From positions 2,302 through 66,301 of the forward strand of contig NZ_DASQZC010000559.1 in assembly GCF_035638895.1 (NCBI RefSeq): a DNA stretch of 64,000 nucleotides, written 5' to 3'. Position numbers and translations under genes: made by a program. The notes beneath the pieces are model-generated. The model saw nothing but the letters and a program-made list of their open reading frames with translations, was not told where the DNA came from and did no database searches. The stretch's first letter is position 1. The number at the start of each line of letters is the position of its first letter. The stretch is from Nostoc sp. (lineage in GTDB: Bacteria; Cyanobacteriota; Cyanobacteriia; Cyanobacteriales; Nostocaceae). Of the stretch, positions 18,411 through 27,281 are shown piece after piece.

Positions 18411-20012
18411 TTAAATCTTAGCGGTAGAATCAACTGAGGGTTGAGACTGACTAACCGAATCTAACTTTGGTAACAGTGGATTTTCTGCCTTTACATTAGT
18501 GTTGATTGTTGCTTGCAAAATTGGGGTATTGGAGATGGAATTGTTCGCCAATGTAAACAGTGGATTTGACAAAATCCCTGCTATGGAAGTGGCAATTAAT
18601 GTTACCACCAACCCGACCTGCAAAGGTCTTAGTCCAGGCAAATCCCAACGCACTTGTGGATAATTCTTTACCGAGTCGGACATTTCATGGGGTTCTTTGA
18701 CTACCATCATCTTGACTACACGAATGTAGTAGTAGATGGAGACGACGGTGGTAACTAAGCCCAGCAAGACTAACCAATAAAGACCTGCTTGCCAACCAGC
18801 CCAGAATAAGTAAATCTTGCCGAAAAACCCAGCCAATGGTGGAATACCACCCAAGGAAAGCAGGGAGATACTCAAGCCCAGTGTTAAGAGTGGGTCTTTT
18901 TGATATAAACCAGAGTACTCAGCAATCTGGTCAGTTCCCGTTCGCAGTGAGAACAGGATGATGCAGGTAAAGCCGCACAGGTTCATGAACAGGTAAACCA
19001 GTAGGTAGAATATCATACTGGCATAGCCCGCTTGTGTACCAGCAATCAAGCCAATCATCACAAACCCAGCTTGGGCGATAGATGAATAAGCTAGCATCCG
19101 TTTCATGGTGGTTTGGGCTAGGGCGACTACGTTACCCAAGATCATACTCAGAACGGCCAGAGCAGTGAAGACAAATCTCCACTCTTCAGCAACTAAGGGG
19201 AAGGCTGTTGTCAGCAAGCGGATGGCTAGGGCAAACCCAGCTGCTTTGGAACCGACTGATAAAAAGGCGATGACTGGGGTGGGAGCGCCTTCGTAAACAT
19301 CTGGTGTCCACTGGTGGAAGGGTGCTGCGGAGATTTTGAAGCCAATACCTGCGATCGCAAAAACCAACGCAATCACTAAACCTAAAGATTGACCGACTTT
19401 AGCTGTAGCAATGCCATTAGCGATCGCACTTAGTTCAGTTTGTCCTCCAGATAGTCCATACAGCAGTGATACACCGTACAAAAATACTGCCGTGCTGGAA
19501 GCTCCAATTAACAAGTATTTCAGCGCCGCTTCATTGGAGCGGGGGTCACGCTTGGTATAACCTGTCAACAGATAAGAAGAGATACTCAGGGTTTCTAGGG
19601 AGATGAAAATCATCACCAACTCACTAGCCCCGGATAAAAACATTCCTCCCAAAGTAGCACTCAGCAAAATAGCGATGAATTCTGCTAAAGGAGTGCCGCT
19701 CTGTTCAACGTAGCGAATTGACATCAGTATAGTCGCGATCGCAGATAAGGCGATAATACCGCGAAAGACAATACTCAGGTCATCACCGTTAAAGCTACCG
19801 GTAAAACCGATGGGATTGGGAGAGTCCCATTGAAAATATAGGGCGATAATCGAAGCAAATAAACCTGCGATCGCTAGATATCCAATCCAGCGTGCGGATG
19901 TACGCCCCAAAATCAAATCAACAATCAAAACCCCCAAGAGGGTGAGAATAACAATCCCCTCTGGCAAAATCGTTCCAGCGTTTAGCTGGGATGCAATATT
20001 AGCAAAATCCAT
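18411..20012 (-). CDS. ndhB: NAD(P)H-quinone oxidoreductase subunit 2 (NDH-1 subunit B)
   Basis: 533 aa, polytopic, with an NdhB/NuoN-type sequence ([19 protein letters not shown]...). Confidence 0.95.
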   Translation of the reverse strand: MDFANIASQLNAGTILPEGIVILTLLGVLIVDLILGRTSARWIGYLAIAGLFASIIALYFQWDSPNPIGFTGSFNGDDLSIVFRGIIALSAIATILMSIRYVEQSGTPLAEFIAILLSATLGGMFLSGASELVMIFISLETLSISSYLLTGYTKRDPRSNEAALKYLLIGASSTAVFLYGVSLLYGLSGGQTELSAIANGIATAKVGQSLGLVIALVFAIAGIGFKISAAPFHQWTPDVYEGAPTPVIAFLSVGSKAAGFALAIRLLTTAFPLVAEEWRFVFTALAVLSMILGNVVALAQTTMKRMLAYSSIAQAGFVMIGLIAGTQAGYASMIFYLLVYLFMNLCGFTCIILFSLRTGTDQIAEYSGLYQKDPLLTLGLSISLLSLGGIPPLAGFFGKIYLFWAGWQAGLYWLVLLGLVTTVVSIYYYIRVVKMMVVKEPHEMSDSVKNYPQVRWDLPGLRPLQVGLVVTLIATSIAGILSNPLFTLANNSISNTPILQATINTNVKAENPLLPKLDSVSQSQPSVDSTAKI

Positions 20013-20341
20013 GAGATGTATAGGTTTTGGGGATTAGACATTAAGGCTAACTCTGTTCACTCTAGCAAGTTTTCTAACCCCCAGACTAGCTCTTTTAACA
20101 AGAGCTTAACAGCTTGGGTGCAGATGACGATTGCACCAACTTGACTGCCTTCCCAGCAGCTTTCTCAGTATCTAGGAATTCACCTAACAGCTTTCCTACC
20201 TCGTTTTTCAGGCGTGACCTTTTGCGAAGATCATAAATAATTATGCCGTAACCAGGGCGATCGCCACGGACAAAAAGCTCATAAAATTAATAAGGACACA
20301 GCATTGCTGTGCCCCTACAATATTCATAACTCGTAAGTTTA

Positions 20342-20614
20342 TTAAAAACCTACTGATGGCAGCTTGCCTTGTAGCGACTGAAATTTAGACTGTACACAGT
20401 TGGCACAATTGCAACCAAGTTGATCAATAATCGGATTAGATGTTTGAATCAAATGTGGTGTTGCCAGATCAGGAATTTGTTGTGTAGATACTACCGTCAT
20501 AATTTGGGTAGCATAAGCAGATTTCAGGCTGGATGCGTGTGCTGGATTGACTACCAACAGCATGGATACCAAAAATGCGGGACAGGCAAGTAAAATCAGT
20601 TTGACAATGTTCAT
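20342..20614 (-). CDS. small secreted hypothetical protein
   Basis: 90 aa with an N-terminal signal-like segment (MNIVKLILLACPAFLVSMLLVVNPAHA) and a Cys-containing C-terminus (CNCANC). Confidence 0.5.
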   Translation of the reverse strand: MNIVKLILLACPAFLVSMLLVVNPAHASSLKSAYATQIMTVVSTQQIPDLATPHLIQTSNPIIDQLGCNCANCVQSKFQSLQGKLPSVGF

Positions 20615-20679
20615 AATTTACACAAAGATACCTTTGCTGATACAGCATAGCTAATAACTTGACCATCTTCAACTTTAAT

Positions 20680-20848
20680 AATTCGTAATTCGTAATTCGT
20701 AGTTCGTAATTGTTGGGTTTAATTACCTTTCTCCCAAAGGGGAGAGGTCAACGCCAACGTCTATAAATGACGCTTTTTTTCGGTCTGCGTATAAATACTT
20801 TGATGTAATAGTCTTTAATTACGAATTACGAATTACGAATTACGAATT
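20680..20848. repeat. About-170-bp element bounded by inverted (AATTCGT)n / (ACGAATT)n arrays
   Basis: The left array is at 20680-20711 and the right array at 20817-20848, and they are reverse complements of each other. The core contains a short hairpin TCTCCC-AAA-GGGGAGA. Confidence 0.8.
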
Positions 20849-20851
20849 ATT

Positions 20852-21913
20852 TTAACTACGCCCGAATCCTTGACCCCGCAAAACTTTTGACCATATAACT
20901 AATTCGCCCTGTTCACCGCCTGCGGCCAGTAACTTCCCTTGGGGATGCCAAGCTAGGGTGGAAAATCCTGCTGAGACACCTGTGATAATTTGGGATACTT
21001 CCTTGGCTTTGTTCCACAAACACAGCCAGCCATCAGCAGCAGCAGAAGCGAGAAGGAAGCTTTTAGGTGCAAAGGCGATCGCATTAATCACGCCCACATG
21101 ATTTGTTAATACTCGTGCTTCCCAACCTAAAGAATCATCCTCTAGTTTTTCCCACACCACAATACCTTCAACGCTAGAAGATGCTAGTATTGGCGCACCT
21201 AGTTTCGTGGTAGCTTCTGACCATGCCAATTGACGAATTTTACCAGGGAAGCCACGCATTACCCAAGGATCGGGGTTGTTCCATTCTAAAACGGTGACGC
21301 TACGATCCATGTTACCAGAAGCGAGGAATTTGCCATCGGGCGACCAAGCCATCGCTACACTGACAGTAGTCATATCTAGGTTGTATGGTTCTTCATCCCA
21401 GTTTTGACTATGCCAAATTTTGACTCCCTTATAACCACTAATAGCTAAGTATTGTCCGTCAATACGCCAATCTATACCCAGTACTGAAGAGTTGTCGAAA
21501 TTCAGCGTTACGACAATTTCACGAGTATCTGCATCCCAAACTTGGACGTAACGCCCCAAACTAAAAGCCAGTTGGTTACTAGTGTAATTCCAAGCTAGCT
21601 TGTCAACCCATGCGGGGGCATTTTCCAAGGTGGCGATTAATTCAGTATCGCGCCAAATTTTCACCTGTCCATCTTGTCCACCAACGGCTAAAAATTTTCC
21701 ATCTGGTGAAAAAGCTAGACAGTCTACAGATTTACCGTTACCAGTTTGTAAACTTGTAAGTTCGCCATCATTCCACAAAACTACTTCACCGGCGGCGGAA
21801 GTTGCTGCTAAAGTTTGACCTTGTGGCGACCAAGCGATCGCAGTTACATAATCTGAAAGTGTCCCCGAATAGTGTTGTTCAAATTCCTTAGATTTGCTGG
21901 TTGTGGTGTTCAT
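20852..21913 (-). CDS. WD40-repeat protein
   Basis: 353 aa with about 7-8 repeated units of the type ...SPDG..LA.gg.DG.v.lW. Confidence 0.85.
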   Translation of the reverse strand: MNTTTSKSKEFEQHYSGTLSDYVTAIAWSPQGQTLAATSAAGEVVLWNDGELTSLQTGNGKSVDCLAFSPDGKFLAVGGQDGQVKIWRDTELIATLENAPAWVDKLAWNYTSNQLAFSLGRYVQVWDADTREIVVTLNFDNSSVLGIDWRIDGQYLAISGYKGVKIWHSQNWDEEPYNLDMTTVSVAMAWSPDGKFLASGNMDRSVTVLEWNNPDPWVMRGFPGKIRQLAWSEATTKLGAPILASSSVEGIVVWEKLEDDSLGWEARVLTNHVGVINAIAFAPKSFLLASAAADGWLCLWNKAKEVSQIITGVSAGFSTLAWHPQGKLLAAGGEQGELVIWSKVLRGQGFGRS

Positions 21914-22011
21914 AGTTATTGGGTACTGGGTACTGGGGACTAGGGGCTGGAAACTAAAGACTCGAAACTAGGGAGTGAATTTTTTCCAATCCCCAGTCCC
22001 CAATCCCCTAT

Positions 22012-22983
22012 TTATGCTAAACAAGCGAGAAAATCTTGCTTGAGTTGGGCTGCATCAAGGTTGCGGCCGATGAATACTAGTTCGTTTTTGGGGGTTTCGC
22101 TTGCTTTCCAGGGGCGATCGGGTTTGCCATCAAATATCATGTGTACTCCTTGAAAGACAAATCGATTATCTTCTCCAGCAATATTTAAAATGCCTTTCAT
22201 CCGAAAGATATCTGTCCCTTGGGTACGCAGTAACTCCGAAAGCCAAGTATTTAATTTTTCTCCATCGACTGCACCTGCTTCTACTAAAGCTACAGAAAAG
22301 ACGCTTTCATCGTGTACGTGAGCATCTTCGCCTAAGAAATCTGGGTCAATTTCTAATGCACGATCTAAATCAAAGGCTTTTACACCTAATAAAGCATCCA
22401 TTCCGAGTTCAGAATTTTGGGTACGGTAGATTTTTGCGATCGCATTCATCGCCCGAATCCGTTTTTCTAATTCATCCAACTCTTCTGGTGCTACCAAATC
22501 TGTTTTATTAAGTAAAATTACATCGGCAAAGGCAATCTGTTCTTGTGCTTCGTCTGCATCCCAGTGCTGCGAGATGTGCTTGGCATCTACGACTGTCACC
22601 ACTGCATCTAAAGACAGTTGGCTTTGTAAATCTTCATCAACAAAAAATGTCTGAATCACTGGTGCAGGATCGGCTAATCCAGTTGTTTCAATTACTAAAT
22701 GGTCAAATTTATCGCGTCGCTTCATCAAATTACCAATGATGCGAATTAAATCGCCGCGCACTGTACAACAGATACAGCCATTATTCATTTCAAAAATTTC
22801 TTCATCTGCATCGATAATCAATTGATTATCAATACCCACTTCCCCAAATTCATTGACAATCACAGCAACTTTCTTGCCGTGTTCGTAGGTGAGGATGTGA
22901 TTGAGTAGAGTCGTTTTACCTGCTCCCAAATAGCCTGTAAGAACAGTAACGGGAACTGAATTGTTGATTACGTCAGCCACCAT
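22012..22983 (-). CDS. COG0523-family (CobW/ZigA-like) metallochaperone GTPase
   Basis: 323 aa with P-loop GYLGAGKTT and the metal-binding motif GCICCT. Fur/Zur-type boxes lie in its promoter. Confidence 0.88.
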   Translation of the reverse strand: MVADVINNSVPVTVLTGYLGAGKTTLLNHILTYEHGKKVAVIVNEFGEVGIDNQLIIDADEEIFEMNNGCICCTVRGDLIRIIGNLMKRRDKFDHLVIETTGLADPAPVIQTFFVDEDLQSQLSLDAVVTVVDAKHISQHWDADEAQEQIAFADVILLNKTDLVAPEELDELEKRIRAMNAIAKIYRTQNSELGMDALLGVKAFDLDRALEIDPDFLGEDAHVHDESVFSVALVEAGAVDGEKLNTWLSELLRTQGTDIFRMKGILNIAGEDNRFVFQGVHMIFDGKPDRPWKASETPKNELVFIGRNLDAAQLKQDFLACLA

Positions 22984-23012
22984 ACTCTAAATTCCTCTTG
23001 TCTCACCTTATG

Positions 23013-23025
23013 GATAATCATTATC
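23013..23025. promoter_or_regulatory. Fur/Zur-type palindromic box 1
   Basis: GATAAT-C-ATTATC is a perfect 6-1-6 palindrome about 30 nt upstream of the COG0523 start codon. Confidence 0.65.
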
Positions 23026-23229
23026 ACATATCATAAATCTTTTTATATTTTTGTGCGAACTTACTATTATTTTGGGTTTCAGCAAAATAATTACATAATT
23101 TAATAACCAAACATTTTATTTTTATGCATCTGTAATAAGTAATAGATATTCAAAAGTTGGCTGGCAATATTGCATACAAGCCAACAACCTGCGGTAAGTC
23201 GCAGGTTAGTACCTTGACAATTCTACTAG

Positions 23230-23248
23230 TATAATGATAATCATTATC
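23230..23248. promoter_or_regulatory. Fur/Zur-type palindromic box 2
   Basis: TATAATGATAATCATTATC matches the classical 19-bp Fur-family consensus GATAATGATAATCATTATC at 18 of 19 positions. It lies about 35 nt upstream of the 23282 ORF. Confidence 0.7.
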
Positions 23249-23281
23249 TTAAAGAAAAAAATTATACTTTGATGGAGTAGG

Positions 23282-24229
23282 ATGGTGGTTTCAAAAAATA
23301 CTACCGACTTGAGAAAGCAATTAACTCAAGCAGGACAAGCATCTGCGTCTATTGCAGTCAGCTTTTTTATCTTTGCACCGTTGGTTTTATCTACCGCAAT
23401 AGCCCCGGCACAAGCTGATGATACTCATAATCATTCGGATGAAACAGGTTTTTACATTGGGTTAGATGGTTTGGAGGTTCTCTCTACAGGGACATACGCA
23501 GGTTTGGAGAACCCTAACTATAATCGTTTGACCCTTCTCTTTGCACACAGGGATGAAGACACGCCGGAATCTAGCCATTTCCACGGTATTGGTACTTATA
23601 GCTACTCAGGTTCTTTAGATAACCCAACTATTAACCCAACCAATACAAATAACCGAATTCCTGAGTCTTACTCAGAACAACCACCGTTAACATTATTACC
23701 TGGCACAGGGTTCTATACTGGTCGCTTGATTAGTACTCCAACAGACAATGAATATAGCAATCTCACAATAGAACCTATAGCGTCTCTCAAAACTTCAAAA
23801 GAATTAGACAACCAGTATTTGTTAAATAGCTCTAATGGTCGTTGGCAGTCGTCTCTTGAGGGTGCAAATATTGGTTTACAATTAGCCTCAATTAGCAGTG
23901 GATTGAATATTGGTGATTCAGCAGGCGTTGATATTGTCAAGTCAGTAGGCGATATCTACACAATCGGCAGTGGTGATAATTTTTCGTTCACCCCTACTTT
24001 TTGGACTGAAGCTGCTGCACCACTAGGAACTTATTCTGCATCATTTAAGTTAGTAGATTTAGGCACTGATAATCACCGTATTCCCTTTAAAGAGTCCGGC
24101 ACTTTCAATTTTGATTTTGAAGTCAAGGCAGTGCCTGAGTCCTCAACTGTTCTTGGTCTTGGTATAGTCGGTTTACTAGCGCTTTCTCTATCTCGCTTGC
24201 AAAAACTTACTCGCAGTAGGTTGAACTAA
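23282..24229 (+). CDS. secreted His-rich protein with PEP-CTERM-like sorting tail
   Basis: 315 aa with a signal/anchor segment, His clusters (DDTHNHSDE, SSHFHGIG), and a C-terminal VPESS + hydrophobic helix + basic tail (RLQKLTRSR). Confidence 0.7.
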   Translation: MVVSKNTTDLRKQLTQAGQASASIAVSFFIFAPLVLSTAIAPAQADDTHNHSDETGFYIGLDGLEVLSTGTYAGLENPNYNRLTLLFAHRDEDTPESSHFHGIGTYSYSGSLDNPTINPTNTNNRIPESYSEQPPLTLLPGTGFYTGRLISTPTDNEYSNLTIEPIASLKTSKELDNQYLLNSSNGRWQSSLEGANIGLQLASISSGLNIGDSAGVDIVKSVGDIYTIGSGDNFSFTPTFWTEAAAPLGTYSASFKLVDLGTDNHRIPFKESGTFNFDFEVKAVPESSTVLGLGIVGLLALSLSRLQKLTRSRLN

Positions 24230-24237
24230 TCTTAATC

Positions 24238-24278
24238 TCGCACCAAGGTGCAAAATGATTCTTTGCGTCTTGGTGCGA
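24238..24278. terminator. Hairpin between convergent genes
   Basis: TCGCACCAAG (24238-24247) pairs with CTTGGTGCGA (24269-24278). Confidence 0.6.
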
Positions 24279-24282
24279 CGAT

Positions 24283-25197
24283 TTAATTTTCTGAGGAGAA
24301 CAAAAAATCTTGAACTGCTTCTAAAACAACTGCTGGGTATTCTTCATGTAGTCCCAGAGAACCAGGGATAACAACGCTTCTCACTCCTGGTAAGGTTACT
24401 AAAGCGTTCATCTCTTCTCGTGATTTGGGGGGGCTAGATTCTCCAATTACGACCATGAGCGGTACAGTTAGAGACTGCACAAGTTTCAGAAAATCAGATT
24501 GTTCGTGTACAGCATCGAGATTACCAGTTACAAAGGCAGCAGATGCAAATCGCGCTCCTGGTTGTTGAGTTGTTTGCCATTTTTTCTCGATGAAACTGGG
24601 TGTAATTTTAGCCGCATCAGTAAATACATGACGGCGATACATCAAACTTAAGAAGGATGGGGTAGTGTTGAGTTTGTAGAGAGCTTGACCAAGTATAGGC
24701 GATCGCACCAATTCTCTCACAATGCCAGCTATTTGCTGACTTGCTCCCATTGTCGGTAAAGGCCCACGCCAAGTAGGAGCTAACAACAAAATTCGTGAGA
24801 AAGCAGCAGCTTGTTTGACAGCTAATTGTAAAACGTAGCTAGCAGCATGACCAGCCGCCACCACAGTAATGGGAGTATTAAAAACAGCTTTGATAAAATC
24901 TTCCAGAAATTGCTGATATATTTCTGGACGGTAATTCAAACTAGGGCGAGATGATTCACCAAATCCAGGCCAGTCTATTGCTACAACTTGAAAATGGGGA
25001 GCTAGTAGCCTAGCAAGTTCGCCCATTTCCAAACGCGTTGAAACACTGCTGAAAGATGGTAGCAGCAATAGCGGTGAACCTTTACCGAGGGTTTCATAAA
25101 CAACGCGCAATTGCTGATTTTCCCAGTTCCAGAGATATTCTTGAACTACTCCACCAAAGCCGGTAGCAGCAGGGGTAGATAATAAATTTGTTGACAT
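24283..25197 (-). CDS. alpha/beta-fold hydrolase
   Basis: 304 aa with typical alpha/beta hydrolase spacing (DWPGFGES ... nucleophile-elbow-like AAGHAASY). Confidence 0.75.
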   Translation of the reverse strand: MSTNLLSTPAATGFGGVVQEYLWNWENQQLRVVYETLGKGSPLLLLPSFSSVSTRLEMGELARLLAPHFQVVAIDWPGFGESSRPSLNYRPEIYQQFLEDFIKAVFNTPITVVAAGHAASYVLQLAVKQAAAFSRILLLAPTWRGPLPTMGASQQIAGIVRELVRSPILGQALYKLNTTPSFLSLMYRRHVFTDAAKITPSFIEKKWQTTQQPGARFASAAFVTGNLDAVHEQSDFLKLVQSLTVPLMVVIGESSPPKSREEMNALVTLPGVRSVVIPGSLGLHEEYPAVVLEAVQDFLFSSEN

Positions 25198-25306
25198 GAG
25201 ACTAAATTTTGGTAGTTGTACCTTATTTGTCCTTTGTCAGTTGTCATTTGTCCTTTGCAAATGACTAATGACCAATGACTAAATGACTAATGACCAATAA
25301 CCAAGT

Positions 25307-25747
25307 TTAGCTAGGCAAATCTAACTTACATTCCAACGCTTTTTTTTGCATGGTTCTAAAAATGTTATAAAATCCATTAGCGCGGGAAGCTGTCAGACTA
25401 ACGTTTAAGCCTGTTTCTTGAATAAAATCTGGAGTCACTTGTAATATTTCTGTTGGAGTTAGGCCATTTAATCCTTCAATTAAAAGACCAACCATCCCTT
25501 TGCTTATGAGAGCATCTGAGTCAGCACAGAATACGACCTTATCATCATTGAGTGAAGCAGTGATGTAAACTTGAGAAACGCAACCAGGAACTTTATTTTC
25601 CGGTACTTTATCAGCTTCTGGAAAATCCTTCAGCTTCTTACCGTAGCCAATTAGCTGTTCAGTACGTCTTCTTTGGTCGGTTGATCGTTGAAAGCGCTGG
25701 ACAATTTTAGCAAGCGCAGGTGGCAAAGAATCTAGAGTTGAGGACAT
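25307..25747 (-). CDS. sufE: SufE-like cysteine desulfuration protein
   Basis: 146 aa with the conserved PGCVSQVY active-site Cys loop. Confidence 0.85.
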   Translation of the reverse strand: MSSTLDSLPPALAKIVQRFQRSTDQRRRTEQLIGYGKKLKDFPEADKVPENKVPGCVSQVYITASLNDDKVVFCADSDALISKGMVGLLIEGLNGLTPTEILQVTPDFIQETGLNVSLTASRANGFYNIFRTMQKKALECKLDLPS

Positions 25748-25881
25748 AACAGAAGCTGCAAATGATCGGTCTTACCTTGAGTGTAAATTATCTGAAGAGC
25801 GATAGCGCCTCTGGTTCTCTTGGCAGTATGAAGCTAGCCATTATTGACTATAATAACTTGTCAAATCCAGACAATTCCTGT

Positions 25882-25908
25882 GTAGGCGCAGCCCGCCGTA
25901 GGTATCGC
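25882..25908. repeat. Dispersed about-28-bp repeat, copy 4 (reverse orientation)
   Basis: GTAGGCGCAGCCCGCCGTAGGTATCGC. Confidence 0.75.
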
Positions 25909-26131
25909 ACTTATCTTCAGTTACCTTTTTAATGCGTCTAATCGCAAAAACTTAATTTTTTTATAAGCAGGTTTTAACAGCAACTCTATACAAGTTATGT
26001 TGTATCGATATGCACTTACAAAAATAGCTGCAAGTAGCTTTTAACTAAGCAGCCAGGTGATAATCAACAATTAAAAATTAAAAATCAAAAAAATTCTGAC
26101 TTTTAATTTTTAATTTCTCTCCCTATAAGGA

Positions 26132-26641
26132 TTAATTCGTAGTTTGTGCAGCTAGCATCTGCTTCAGCTTTTCTAATTCCGAAGCCCAACGAGGATCTGG
26201 ACGAATAGCGTCTGAATCGGTGGTTGTGGTGTTGTTGTTTTCACGAGAACCGCCGCCGCCACCTGAGCCACGACGAGGCTTCTTAGAGCTTTTCTCGCGG
26301 CGGCTACCTTCTCTAGTAGGCATAGGAGTAGGGGTACTACTAGCAGCAGTAACTGGTTTGGGAGCTTGCTCCTCGCCCTCATCACCTTTTGTCCGAGGTA
26401 ATGCCTTCTCTAGCTTAATGGGAGTATCTTTAAACATCTGACCATTATATTTTTCAATAATTTCGTCAGCTTGCTCGTCGTTGTTAACTGTAAGAAAACC
26501 GAAACCACGGCATTTGCCAGTTTTACGGTCTTTAATTAATTTAGTAGTTACAGCATCACCTTCTGCTGCAAAAACTGCTTGCAGATCCTGACGATCTATT
26601 TCTTCTTTAGGCAAATTACCTATATATAGGCGAATGGACAT
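26132..26641 (-). CDS. RRM-type RNA-binding protein with long basic/Gly-rich tail
   Basis: 169 aa with RNP2 LYIGNL and RNP1 RGFGFLTV. The C-terminal half is a low-complexity K/R/G/S/T-rich region. Confidence 0.88.
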   Translation of the reverse strand: MSIRLYIGNLPKEEIDRQDLQAVFAAEGDAVTTKLIKDRKTGKCRGFGFLTVNNDEQADEIIEKYNGQMFKDTPIKLEKALPRTKGDEGEEQAPKPVTAASSTPTPMPTREGSRREKSSKKPRRGSGGGGGSRENNNTTTTDSDAIRPDPRWASELEKLKQMLAAQTTN

Positions 26642-27049
26642 GAACTATACCTCCAGAGTTAAATGAACATGGCAAGGCAAGAAAACAATCACTTGGCTTT
26701 GGCTTTTAATTAAATAGATGCTATTGACCAAGACTACATCAACCAATTTTTTTGCTTGAGACTGTCAACCTATACAACAATACAGTTTTTCGTCGGGATC
26801 AAGCTTGTTTAATCTAAAGGCCCACACTATGGTGAGCTAATAACACCTTAATTCTAAGAATTGTAAATTTAATAGCCTATTGCCTGCTAAAGTACACGCT
26901 TTTTTCCATGCCTTTTTTCGCAGAATCAAATACCATTCCTTACATTACCACGGTATTTTCTACGTAGCTAGTTTAGCGCATACATTTCCGACGTTAGTAT
27001 TACTTCATCGTAACATAAAACACATTTTTTGTTTCAAGGGAGCATATTT

Positions 27050-27077
27050 TGAAACAAAAACCAGCCACTGGCTGGTT
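27050..27077 (-). terminator. Intrinsic terminator downstream of the 776-aa gene
   Basis: The minus strand reads AACCAGCC-AGT-GGCTGGTT followed by TTTGTTTC. Confidence 0.6.
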
Positions 27078-27281
27078 AATTTCCTGCTGTGTTGGGAGGA
27101 AAAAGGTATAGAGCGGGGGGAAAAGCATCCGAGTTCACAACTAAGCTGTAGTGCTGAGTTATGTCGCTTACTATTGTTTGTGTAAATAAATGTAACATTT
27201 TTAAAGAAAACCTGCAACTTTTGTTTACATTCCGATTTGTCCTTTGTCCTTTGCTAATGACTAATGACAAATGCCCAATAA

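Noticed and set aside
20095-20286. About 63-codon open frame on the minus strand downstream of ndhB (…VRGDRPGYGIIIYDLRKRSRLKNEVGKLLGEFLDTEKAAGKAVKLV…)
   Set aside because: The sequence looks protein-like, but the frame has no ATG/GTG/TTG start after the upstream stop and I recognise no family. It is possibly a gene remnant and is not reportable as a CDS.
26880-27270. ORFs 26880..27185 (+), 27005..27217 (-) and 27076..27270 (-) between the RNA-binding-protein gene and the M48-like gene
   Set aside because: They overlap one another and a terminator hairpin (27059-27077). Their composition is implausible (H/F/C-rich) and they match no family. The region is more likely the long 5' UTR/promoter of the rbp gene.
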